A DNA stretch of 32,000 nucleotides from Desulfocapsa sulfexigens DSM 10523 (GCF_000341395.1 NC_020305.1:4752-36751), one strand, 5' to 3'. Numbered from the stretch's first letter, positions 16,862 through 25,070 are shown. Translations and numbers: made by a program. Notes: generated from the letters alone by a model not told the origin.

Positions 16862-17172
16862 GGTGCAGGTGAGGGGTGCAAGTCTAGGGCAGGTGCAAGA
16901 TCAAAAAACAAAATCCGGCATTGATCATGGTCGTATTTACCACCATTAAGCAAGAGGGAAAATTTATGGAGCATTTTCTCAGTACCTATGACCCTTGCAC
17001 CACTTTCTTTATAAATATTTTTTATTTTAAAGGGTTAATGATGGTGCAGCCGGGGTGCAGGTTCGGGTGCATCGATGGTGCAGCAGTGGTGCAAGCTCCT
17101 TGGGGTGGTTTCAGTTGCACCACGATAAAACAACACTGTTTCAGTTAGATAGTAACAGGGTGCAAGGGTGCA
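16862..17172. repeat. Cluster of 12 GGTGCA hexamers (10 forward, 2 reverse) around an AT-rich core
   Basis: Forward copies at 16862, 16875, 16892, 17043, 17054, 17066, 17077, 17088, 17159 and 17167. Reverse TGCACC at 16996 and 17116. AT-rich tract at 17004-17040. Confidence 0.85.
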
Positions 17173-17332
17173 GGTAAAGAAGATGCTTTCACAAATTCCA
17201 TTTTAAAGGGGTATTTGCATGATTATTATCATTTATAAGCTAAGAATGATTTAGATGATTCAAATCATTTTTATGAAAAGAATCTTCAGAAAAAAAATTT
17301 TTCTCTATAAATAGGGTGTCTGGAGGCGCAAA

Positions 17333-18364
17333 ATGAAGGGTTTTAGAAAAATCACCAAACGGCTATTTGGTAGAAAAAGTGCCAATCAGGCTGATTTTGG
17401 CATCATCGACGGAGAGGTGACGGATAATTGCGGTTCTATAGGGGAAGCCGTTGCTTTTGAAACGGAATTGGCGGAGTTTGAAGGTAAAACTATTGGGAAT
17501 CATAGCAATAGTTTTGGAAGAGAAGCGGAGTTCATTGAACCGGATCCACCAGCCGACGAGTTTAGGGAGCCGGTTCCGCCTGCGGAGCAAATTAATCCCG
17601 ATGAATGGGAGATACCGGAACCGTATCTTATCTATTTATCGGCCACCGGAAAGGCGAAAAGAACCATCCAGGAGTATCGCTGGGAATTGCTCTGGTGGAA
17701 CAGGCAGACCGCTCTTGCAAGGCTCACCCTCCAGGACATGGAAGGGATCATTCACAAGGTGCATCCTTCCACGGCCCGGCGAAAGGTTGCGGCAATCCGC
17801 TCTTTTGCGAAATGGCAGCTCCGGGAAGGTTCCGGACGGCTGCATGGTGAGGTAAGCCAGGTCATACTGCCAAAGACACCTTCCAGGATACCCAAGGACA
17901 GAGGAACGGATGAATTTATGGATTTGTCCAGGTGTGCCGTGGATCTGGTACGGGCCGGAGACAGAAGAGGGGTGTGGATTGGGCTTATGGGCTGCTGCGG
18001 CCTGCGGATCTCCGAGATACAGACCGCGGAACCGGCACCGGGTAAAACGATAAAGGTCATCGGGAAGGGAGACAAGGAAAGACAGATCCCTGCTCCGGCC
18101 TGGTTAATTGAAGCCCTGGGCTGTGACACATATAAGAGATGTTGGAAGAAGGGACGGCATCTGATCTGGTCTGAACTCAAAAAAATGGGGATCAGGAAAC
18201 CCCACAGCCTGAGACACACCTTTGCCAGCGAATTACGAAGAAAGGGTTATCCATTGGAAGAAATCAAAGTGTTGCTCGGACATAGCAAACTGGACACCAC
18301 TATGATCTATGCCAACGTAGCCCTGCCAAACGATATCACATCGAGGTTGGGGGTGGAGCATTGA
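17333..18364 (+). CDS. Tyrosine recombinase/integrase (XerC/D-like)
   Basis: C-terminal catalytic region HSLRHTFASELRRKGYPLEEIKVLLGHSKLDTTMIYANV, and RISE in GLRISEI. Confidence 0.9.
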   Translation: MKGFRKITKRLFGRKSANQADFGIIDGEVTDNCGSIGEAVAFETELAEFEGKTIGNHSNSFGREAEFIEPDPPADEFREPVPPAEQINPDEWEIPEPYLIYLSATGKAKRTIQEYRWELLWWNRQTALARLTLQDMEGIIHKVHPSTARRKVAAIRSFAKWQLREGSGRLHGEVSQVILPKTPSRIPKDRGTDEFMDLSRCAVDLVRAGDRRGVWIGLMGCCGLRISEIQTAEPAPGKTIKVIGKGDKERQIPAPAWLIEALGCDTYKRCWKKGRHLIWSELKKMGIRKPHSLRHTFASELRRKGYPLEEIKVLLGHSKLDTTMIYANVALPNDITSRLGVEH

Positions 18365-18930
18365 GAAAAACACTCGTATGTTTTTTGATCGTCTTCCACG
18401 GTTCGGTGCTGGCTGCAGAGCCTGAAAATCCGGCAATCCCTGAATGGCATCTGGCAAAATCGACCATGAAAGAATGTTATGACGGCTGGGATGTGGAGGT
18501 GACGGTTTCCGGAGGATATGAAACCCGGTATTACGAGAATGGCCCGGTGGATGGGCCTTTCGGTAACGCCGTTTTAACGGTACCGCTCTATTCCAGAAAA
18601 GAACGGCTCTCCCGGCAGCAATCGATAAACAAGGAGATCGAGCATGTTGCAGAGCTGTATGCTGATTTTGAAGAACAGAGCGCTTCCTATATGGCGCTTT
18701 CAGAAGAGAAGGGCTTGCTCAAAAAAGTGATGATAGACACTGGAGCACAGGGGATCACGGCCTATTACGATCTGATGAAGGAAATCGAGAAGGCCCGGGC
18801 AAAGCGGAACAGCGCGGCACGAAAGATTATGATGATTCTGGAGAACTGTGGATATGTGGAAGCAGATAAAGTTGCTGGGCCGGGATCGGCTCTTGGCGGA
18901 AGAGATCAGACCACGCCTCAAGGAGGGTAG
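18361..18930 (+). CDS. Secreted hypothetical protein
   Basis: TTG start overlapping the integrase stop. Signal-like MRKTLVCFLIVFHGSVLAAEP. Confidence 0.55.
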   Translation: MRKTLVCFLIVFHGSVLAAEPENPAIPEWHLAKSTMKECYDGWDVEVTVSGGYETRYYENGPVDGPFGNAVLTVPLYSRKERLSRQQSINKEIEHVAELYADFEEQSASYMALSEEKGLLKKVMIDTGAQGITAYYDLMKEIEKARAKRNSAARKIMMILENCGYVEADKVAGPGSALGGRDQTTPQGG

Positions 18931-19669
18931 GGGCTTTGTCCTTACCGGCACCCATGGTGCAGGAAAAACCGCTATTCTGGAATGGATCAGCGTATTTCTG
19001 AAAAAAGATGTAACAACCATCAGTGCAGAGTGGACCGTCAAGGAAATGCTGGTCCAGATGTGCCTGGATTGGGCGGTGGAGGTCAGGGACGATGAAGGGG
19101 CAACCAGAGGCAAGACAAAATGGCAAGTGGCATGGATGGAACGGGCACTCCTGAAGGAGACCGATAAATGGTTAATCGTGGACGATATCCAGAAAGTGAC
19201 CCCCACCAAACTCCGAAGATTAAAACTGTTCCGGGATCGTGTGCGGATAATAGCCGCCGGAGTCCCGCCATTCCGACAGGAAGAACTGAAACGGCTCCTG
19301 TGGGGACTGCCGGCAATCCAGGTAAAACCCTTACCCACAGATGTCATGAACAGGATTGCCATAGCTGCAGCTCCTGTTCTGGAGTCACGAACACCAATAG
19401 GTGAGGCTGTCCATGCTTCCAGAGGGATACCTGGTCAATTGATTCATGCCCTGAGGGGTGAGGTTACCCCGGAGGCAAGAAAGGTGAGTGGGGAGGAGAT
19501 AGACCTCTCCCCACTGATCCTGATCGGCCTGGCCGGAGTGATGATAACCCGATATGTTGCCATCGGCCTTGAATCCACTTCTTTGTATATGCTTGGTGGT
19601 TTGGGTATGGGAATAGGTCTGATAGTGAGATTTTATCTATTCCGGGGGATGGAGGCACAGCGAAGATGA
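18848..19669 (+). CDS. AAA+-type P-loop ATPase with two C-terminal transmembrane helices
   Basis: Walker A GTHGAGKTA and Walker B WLIVDDIQ. C-terminal hydrophobic segments LILIGLAGVMITRYVAIGL and LGGLGMGIGLIVRFYLF. The start could be the GTG at 18848 or the ATG at 18854. Confidence 0.7.
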   Translation: MDMWKQIKLLGRDRLLAEEIRPRLKEGRGFVLTGTHGAGKTAILEWISVFLKKDVTTISAEWTVKEMLVQMCLDWAVEVRDDEGATRGKTKWQVAWMERALLKETDKWLIVDDIQKVTPTKLRRLKLFRDRVRIIAAGVPPFRQEELKRLLWGLPAIQVKPLPTDVMNRIAIAAAPVLESRTPIGEAVHASRGIPGQLIHALRGEVTPEARKVSGEEIDLSPLILIGLAGVMITRYVAIGLESTSLYMLGGLGMGIGLIVRFYLFRGMEAQRR

Positions 19670-20529
19670 CCGGGCCAACACATATTGCCATAGCCCTTTC
19701 AATAGGCATGGTTGCCGGGGCCTCAAAAGTGCATCTGGGTCTGATCGCTGCAGGGGCGATACTTCCGGATCTGGATCACCCGCAGTCTTTTATCGGGCGT
19801 GTTTTCTTTCCGATTTCGATACCACTGAACCAATGGCTGGGACATCGAGGGGCCTTTCATTCCTTTTGGCTCTGGCTCCTGGTGTGTCTGGGTGGGTACT
19901 TCTGGACACCGGCATTTTTTCTTGGAGCAGGGGCGATTCTCCATATCTTGGCAGACTGCGGGACCGTTTCCGGAGTCCGGGCTCTGTCGCCCTGGTCGCA
20001 AAAGCTCTTTGTGGTCTTTCGCAGGTCCTGGAGAATCAAAAGCGGATCACCGCATGAAATACTGGTGCTCATATGTTTCGGGATGATCGCCTGGGGAGGC
20101 GGGTATATGGGAGCCGTGGGCGGTATCCGGGCCATGATCGGCCACGTCACCGGCGCACCCAAGATTATGATGGAGGAGTTTATCTCCAAGGGGCTGACGA
20201 AATGCAAGGTAAAAGGAAAATTCCGCTGGAACACCGGAGAGATTGAGGAAGGAGAATGGCTGATTATCGGCACAGAAGGGCAGACCGGCCTGGCAATGCG
20301 GGGCAAAGACAAGCTTATCCATATACCCAAGGACGGGAAGTTTCTAAAGGCAAGGTTGAAACCGTGTCCCAACAAATCAACCTGGGAACTGGTCCAGCTC
20401 AAGGGGTGGGCTGAGACTGAAAAAGATGTTTATTTCATGGATGGAAAAAAATGGCATATAGCACAAGAGGGAGAAGTGGTCTGGGGCCAGATTTTGGGCG
20501 ACAAGATCGAACTGGAGAGTCTTTTGTAA
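19666..20529 (+). CDS. Membrane-bound metal-dependent hydrolase (YdjM/DUF457-like) with an extra soluble C-terminal domain of about 120 aa
   Basis: MTGPTHIAIAL...ILPDLDHPQS...HRGAFHS...HILADC histidine-rich TM pattern. The start overlaps the upstream stop (ATGA). Confidence 0.7.
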   Translation: MTGPTHIAIALSIGMVAGASKVHLGLIAAGAILPDLDHPQSFIGRVFFPISIPLNQWLGHRGAFHSFWLWLLVCLGGYFWTPAFFLGAGAILHILADCGTVSGVRALSPWSQKLFVVFRRSWRIKSGSPHEILVLICFGMIAWGGGYMGAVGGIRAMIGHVTGAPKIMMEEFISKGLTKCKVKGKFRWNTGEIEEGEWLIIGTEGQTGLAMRGKDKLIHIPKDGKFLKARLKPCPNKSTWELVQLKGWAETEKDVYFMDGKKWHIAQEGEVVWGQILGDKIELESLL

Positions 20530-20654
20530 TCTTCGCCCCCTTGGGAGAAAGGGTTATTGAAATGATCTTTTTTCAGGGAGAAAAGGGCGAAGCTGTTAAG
20601 AGGGCCAGGGTGTATGCTCCGGCTGGTAATTTTAAGATAGTGGAGAGATGAGGT

Positions 20655-20927
20655 ATGACAAAGAAGGAACTTGTTGAAGAAGTGGCAAAAGATGCGAAAA
20701 TCAGCCAGGCGGCAGCATTGCTGGCGGTTGATTCCATGACCAGGAATATAATGAAGGGATTGAAAAAGGGAGATCATGTTTCCTTGGTTGGTTTTGGCCG
20801 GTTTTCGGTGAAAGAGCGAGCGGCCAGGAAGGGGAGGAATCCGCAGACTGGTAAAGAAATCCAGATCCAAGCCCGAAAGGTTGTTAGGTTTACACCTGGT
20901 CAGCCATTGAAAGATGCCGTTAATTAA
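20655..20927 (+). CDS. hup: HU-family nucleoid-associated DNA-binding protein
   Basis: MTKKELVEEVA...GDHVSLVGFGRFSVKERAARKGRNPQTGKEIQIQARKVVRFTPGQPLKDAV is a canonical HU/IHF signature. 90 aa. Confidence 0.95.
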   Translation: MTKKELVEEVAKDAKISQAAALLAVDSMTRNIMKGLKKGDHVSLVGFGRFSVKERAARKGRNPQTGKEIQIQARKVVRFTPGQPLKDAVN

Positions 20928-20941
20928 AAGAGGCTAAGGCT

Positions 20942-21229
20942 ATGTGTAGAGGAGATGTTGAGATATCATGTAATGACTATGACGAGTTGTTGAAGTGGGC
21001 AACGAAGTGGAATAAAGACCTTGCACAGAGCATTGAGCAAATCAGAATTGTAAAAAATAATAAAGAGGGGCACAAAACTGTTTTTCTTAGAAAAGAGGAC
21101 ATTACCAAGGAAGAAGCTGAAGCGTTTCTTGAATCACTGATGGAATCAGAGATATACGCCTATGATGAGAAAAGCTTAAAATACTTTTCTCATCTTGTTG
21201 AGGCATGGCGGCCTCTCGCTGAAGAATAA
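20942..21229 (+). CDS. Hypothetical acidic protein
   Basis: 95 aa, with an RBS-like aagagg upstream. No recognisable motifs. Confidence 0.5.
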   Translation: MCRGDVEISCNDYDELLKWATKWNKDLAQSIEQIRIVKNNKEGHKTVFLRKEDITKEEAEAFLESLMESEIYAYDEKSLKYFSHLVEAWRPLAEE

Positions 21230-21276
21230 TTGGTGTGGATACGCTAGATTCCCTTTGAACCGCTGCTGATGGATAC

Positions 21277-21385
21277 AAACTTCCAGCTTCGACCATGTGC
21301 CCAGAAACGACATCTAGCCCAGATTCAGGTTAAAACTGTCACGGCTTTTACCACTTCCCGCTTTAGTTAGATAGAGTATCCGGGC
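21277..21385 (+). repeat. Short (~109 bp) copy of the GC-rich structured element
   Basis: It aligns in three blocks to 23851-23875, about 24066-24093 and about 24176-24240. For example, ggttaaaactgtcacggcttttaccacttcccgctt matches ggttaaaactgtcacggcttttgcatcttcccgctt. Confidence 0.8.
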
Positions 21386-21408
21386 AACAAACAAATATCA
21401 GTCTTGGT

Positions 21409-22017
21409 TCATTTATCTTTTTGGAATAATGCCATACCATCAGTACCTTTTGGTATGAATGCAACGTTTTCTGACAACTCTTCGTGCTCAATCTCAACTA
21501 CAGCTAAATAACCTGTATCCAATGTTAGCTTTTCCCAGACAGGAAAATATGGTGCTAATTCTGCGTAATTGCCAATTCTATCCGTAAGATATTGATACAT
21601 ATCCCTTGACGGTAGAATCAGAAGACCTCCTTCAAGAACATTTTCAAGTAGTCCAATGGCAAGCTTATTTACCGCCCTGTGGCTTGAAGAAATATTACCA
21701 GTTTCCCATTCTACAGCAAAATATTTACCGTTATTCAATTTAAGGACGGCATCAACCGGACCTGGTTTTATTCGAGCCCCAAGAGCCATCGGATGTTCTA
21801 ATATCCAACCCTGTTCTTCCAAGTGTATCATACAATTTGTTTTTATTGGCTTTACGCCATTTCCCTTTTTCACGGGATTCAGGGTGAATATGTCAGAATC
21901 GGGTGGCCATGAAACCTTTTTTATTGCATGATAAACATCGTGGAGCAGTGTTTCCAGCTCATCACTTTTTGGAAATGAACCCTTTGAAATTAAAACTTCA
22001 GTCCTCAATATTTTCAT
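21409..22017 (-). CDS. Type II restriction endonuclease, BamHI family
   Basis: Collinear motif matches to R.BamHI as I remember it: EWETGNISSSHRAVNKLAIGL (BamHI EFETGNISSAHRSMNKLLLGL), QYLTDRIGNYAELAPYF (YYLTDRVTNFEELEPYF) and FIPKGTDGM (LIPKGSDGM). Confidence 0.9.
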   Translation of the reverse strand: MKILRTEVLISKGSFPKSDELETLLHDVYHAIKKVSWPPDSDIFTLNPVKKGNGVKPIKTNCMIHLEEQGWILEHPMALGARIKPGPVDAVLKLNNGKYFAVEWETGNISSSHRAVNKLAIGLLENVLEGGLLILPSRDMYQYLTDRIGNYAELAPYFPVWEKLTLDTGYLAVVEIEHEELSENVAFIPKGTDGMALFQKDK

Positions 22018-22237
22018 CTAGAATATCCTTTACCTTTTTTATCATTATATGAGGTTGCTCGTTTAATGCTTCGGCAATCTGTAATATTGATGTAAGAGAT
22101 GGTTGCCTTAGTCCACGCTCAAGAAGTGAGATAAAAGTTCTGTCTAGGTTTCCCATCAAAGCTAGTTTTTCCTGTGAAATTCCACGTGCATTCCTGATTT
22201 CCTTGAGAACCTTTCCGTAAACTTCTTCTGGTTTCAT
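21998..22237 (-). CDS. Controller (C) protein of the R-M system, XRE-type HTH
   Basis: MKPEEVYGKVLKEIRNARGISQEKLALMGNLDRTFISLLERG. GGAGGG RBS 6 nt upstream of the ATG at 22237. Overlaps the start of the endonuclease gene, as in C-R operons. Confidence 0.85.
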   Translation of the reverse strand: MKPEEVYGKVLKEIRNARGISQEKLALMGNLDRTFISLLERGLRQPSLTSILQIAEALNEQPHIMIKKVKDILDENIED

Positions 22238-22278
22238 ATGAATCCCTCCAAATATAATATGGGCCAACTTACTCTCTT

Positions 22279-22306
22279 GACCGCACTTGGTCGACGGACT
22301 ATAGTC
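22279..22306 (-). promoter_or_regulatory. Candidate C-box operator
   Basis: GACTATAGTC (22297-22306) and GACCGCACTTGGTC (22279-22292) lie 42-70 nt upstream of the C gene. Read on the minus strand they give GACTATAGTCCGTCGACC..GGTC, resembling GACT..AGTC C-boxes. Confidence 0.6.
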
Positions 22307-22383
22307 TGCAAAGGTAAGGTTTGACTTTGTTTAACAAGTAGGGTTCAGTTGGAACAAATAAGAGAAATAACCAGGAAATTATA

Positions 22384-23637
22384 ATGAAAAGACAGAATGC
22401 ATTTTTTGAAGCACTTGGCGTTGATGCAACAAATAGTAAGGAGGTAACGCGACTTGCTGTAATTAGCGGCATTTCCGTTAAAAAACTTCGTTACTACAAT
22501 GAACATCACCTGATGCCCTCTGGCACTGAGTTGGAGAAGATCATAGAAACAACCAATGTAACTAAGTTGAAGCTTATGTTGAAACTTGGTTGTGTTGATC
22601 ATAATGTTGCAGGAATGCTAAGTGAACATGCTGATGAAATTATTACTCTTTTTGAAAAAGAGAAAAAACAAACAAAAGCCAAAAAAAGATTACAGCCTGT
22701 CTTTGAAACAAATCTAGGAAAGCTTTATCACGGTAATTGTATTGAAGTCCTGATGCAGATGCCAAGCAATAGCGTTGATATGGTCTTTGCAGATCCACCG
22801 TTTAATCTGAACAAATTGTATCCCTCTAACATAAATGATGACTTAAAGGCTGAACAGTATCTGGATTGGTGTGAAGATTGGATAGACGAATGTGTGAGGG
22901 TCCTAAAGTTTGGCGGAGCGTTTTTATTATGGAATTTGCCAAAATGGAATTCTGCTTTATCTAATTTTCTGAATGATAGATTAACTTTCAGGCATTGGAT
23001 TGCTACCGACATCAAATATAGATTACCGATTAAAGGTAGACTGTATCCTGCACACTATTCTTTGCTGTATTATATAAACGGAGACAAGCCTAAAACATTC
23101 CATCCTGATAGGTTGCCAATGCAGGTATGTCCAAAATGTAGTGGTGATCTGAAAGATTATGGTGGCTATAAAGCAAAAATGAATCCAGCTGGAGTTAATA
23201 TGTCTGATATCTGGATTGATATTCCACCAGTCCGTCATAATAAATATAAGCGTCGCGAGGGGGCCAACGAACTATCACTTAAACTGCTCGATAGAATAGT
23301 GGAAATGAGCACCGATGAGGGAGACATTGTCTTTGATCCTTTTGGTGGTTCAGGTACTACCTACATGGCCTCTGAATTGAAAAAACGTAAATGGATTGGG
23401 TGTGAAATCGGCCCAGTTGATGATATTGTTAACAGGTTTGACCACATCAACGAAGAGAGGGAAATTCTAAATAATTATCGTGATAATTTAAATAGTTTAT
23501 TTCCAAAGCAGATCTTAAAAAAAAGAGAAAAGGAAGGGCTATGGACCTGTGAATCTGTCAGAAGTAAAGCTGCATTAAAAATGTCTACAACTACCTACAC
23601 AGAAAACTCCATTCCCCAGCTTGCAAAGACCAAATGA
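22384..23637 (+). CDS. DNA methyltransferase (beta-class N4-cytosine/N6-adenine), cognate to the BamHI-like endonuclease
   Basis: Motif IV FADPPFN precedes motif I FDPFGGSGTT (beta-class order). 417 aa. Divergent from the C-R operon, as in the BamHI system. Confidence 0.9.
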   Translation: MKRQNAFFEALGVDATNSKEVTRLAVISGISVKKLRYYNEHHLMPSGTELEKIIETTNVTKLKLMLKLGCVDHNVAGMLSEHADEIITLFEKEKKQTKAKKRLQPVFETNLGKLYHGNCIEVLMQMPSNSVDMVFADPPFNLNKLYPSNINDDLKAEQYLDWCEDWIDECVRVLKFGGAFLLWNLPKWNSALSNFLNDRLTFRHWIATDIKYRLPIKGRLYPAHYSLLYYINGDKPKTFHPDRLPMQVCPKCSGDLKDYGGYKAKMNPAGVNMSDIWIDIPPVRHNKYKRREGANELSLKLLDRIVEMSTDEGDIVFDPFGGSGTTYMASELKKRKWIGCEIGPVDDIVNRFDHINEEREILNNYRDNLNSLFPKQILKKREKEGLWTCESVRSKAALKMSTTTYTENSIPQLAKTK

Positions 23638-23850
23638 TTACAGGTTATACACAATCCGAGGTACGGAAAGTCCCCCCCGCACCCGCTCCGGCACGTCCTT
23701 TGCGTTTGTCTGCCCCGGTCGGCTGCAGCCCGGCAAACTGCCGCCGGTCTTCCGCTGCGCCCAGCTCAGCCAGCAAAGGCCCCGCCTCCACTCCTTCCGT
23801 GCAGGCTGCAGCGCTCCAGCTCCGCTTCAAGCCGGATCCCCGGTATCCCC

Positions 23851-24364
23851 AAGTTTCCAGCTTCGGCAGTGCACCTGGCAAAACAACACGCCAGGAGCCC
23901 TGCCTCTGTGCGTTCTGGTGGTAGACTCACCACCTGCTTAGTGTGGTGTCCACCGGCACATATTTTATAGCAGGCACAAAAAAATACTGCGCCCGCTATA
24001 AAAATGTGCGGAGGCCACACCCGATCCCGATCCGTGGCAGATCCAGGATCCTTTCTCCGGCCACGCACCCAGAAACTACACCTGGGAGCCTGTCCGGTAC
24101 CGGCTTTGGTGAGTAAGCCCAAGTCCTGCCTAAAGTGGTGTCCACCGCAAAAGCGCGGAGGCCACACCTGACACGGATTCCGGTTAAAACTGTCACGGCT
24201 TTTGCATCTTCCCGCTTCAATTAAATGGAGTTTCAGGGGCAAAAGCTCACGCCAGTTTTACCGGTAAGTGTCCGCTTGCGCGAATCACAGTGGACGCGGG
24301 ATACTGCCCCGCTTATGCCCCGGCCCGGTAAGTCAGATATGGGCAGGCATTCCGGGCCGGGGTA
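23851..24364 (+). repeat. Long copy A of the GC-rich hairpin-dense non-coding element
   Basis: Reverse-complement match to 30411-30926 with about 10 substitutions and 1 indel over about 514 bp, aligned by hand block by block. Confidence 0.95.
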
Positions 24365-24430
24365 TCTTTGGCCTGCGGCGCATGATAGAGGATCACTCCG
24401 GCCAGCACCGCCCCAGCCACCCGCCAGCAC

Positions 24431-24553
24431 AACCCCAAAACACAAACCGCCATAGCCCACCTGGTGCTGCAATGCAAGGTCGGTTGTCCAGTAGGGCACT
24501 CCACCTTGCATTGCAGCACCAGGCAGGCTTAAAGACATGGCGGTTTTGGGGTT
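24431..24553. repeat. Long palindrome: perfect 21-bp inverted repeat nested in a second, imperfect one
   Basis: cctggtgctgcaatgcaaggt (24460-24480) pairs with accttgcattgcagcaccagg (24503-24523). The outer arms are aaccccaaaacacaaaccgccat and atggcggttttggggtt. Confidence 0.9.
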
Positions 24554-24736
24554 GCACTGTCGGGTTTGGCTTAGGGGCTCTTGCTTCTCCCGGCCTCCGT
24601 TCTGAAAGTTTGGCGTTGCACGCTCTGAAAAAGACAGATACCTCCGGTGGGGGGTTCCCTCTCAGGTTTGGCCAAAGTCCGTGCCAGTTCCGCCTGTCCC
24701 AGGGTATGTTTTTACTGTTTAGTACGCACTGTTTCC

Positions 24737-24764
24737 TTGCAATATGCGCCCTGTTTGGTATAAT
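24737..24764 (+). promoter_or_regulatory. Near-consensus sigma-70 promoter with extended -10
   Basis: TTGCAA (24737-24742), a 16-nt spacer, then TGgTATAAT (TATAAT at 24759-24764). No credible CDS lies downstream for about 440 nt. Confidence 0.55.
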
Positions 24765-24770
24765 TATGTA

Positions 24771-25070
24771 AGCTAAAATATTTATTATATCAGGTGGTTT
24801 TATGGTTTCTTTCCCCTCCCGCACTTTGGCGCGTTGCTGGGCTGTTGCCTGTGGTGTCCCGGTTGCAGAGGCTGGGGCCGTTGTCTCCGGTCGCCCTGGG
24901 GCCTGGTCCTCGGTTCCCGGCCCTGCCGTCCAGGTTTCCTGCATGTTTTGCCATCGTTTGGGGCGGTGCGGCGGTTCACCTGGCGGTACCGGTTGCCGTT
25001 TCAAGCCCTCCCGCTGGTGGCCGGATCCGCGCTCCGGGCTGCCGGTTCAGCTCTCTCTTTTTCAATAAAA
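24771..25070 (+). ncRNA. Candidate ~300-nt GC-rich, A-poor non-coding transcript
   Basis: It lies downstream of the promoter above. All three forward frames and one reverse frame are open, which is a compositional artefact. CCGGTT(G/C) motifs recur at about 24859, 24989 and 25041. It ends near ctctctttttc. No family assignment is possible by eye. Confidence 0.25.

Noticed and set aside
16921-17148. 75-aa ORF inside the GGTGCA repeat field
   Set aside because: It has no RBS, a Cys/Gly/Phe-rich low-complexity translation, and spans the AT-rich core and the hexamer repeats. The region is better explained as a protein-binding DNA site.
18700-19362. 220-aa ORF on the minus strand; likewise 19857..20402, 17752..18219 and 26728..27189 on the minus strand
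   Set aside because: All are antisense shadows of well-supported plus-strand genes (ATPase, YdjM-like hydrolase, integrase, Sak4-like ATPase). Their translations are Ser/Arg/Pro-rich with no motifs.
23851-24364. Group II intron, tmRNA/tRNA-derived att site or retron ncRNA as the identity of the GC-rich repeat
   Set aside because: I could not find a GUGYG 5-prime end with a domain V-like hairpin, a T-loop GGTTCGAATCC-type motif, or any reverse transcriptase gene in the window. None of these identities is supported, so the element is left unclassified.
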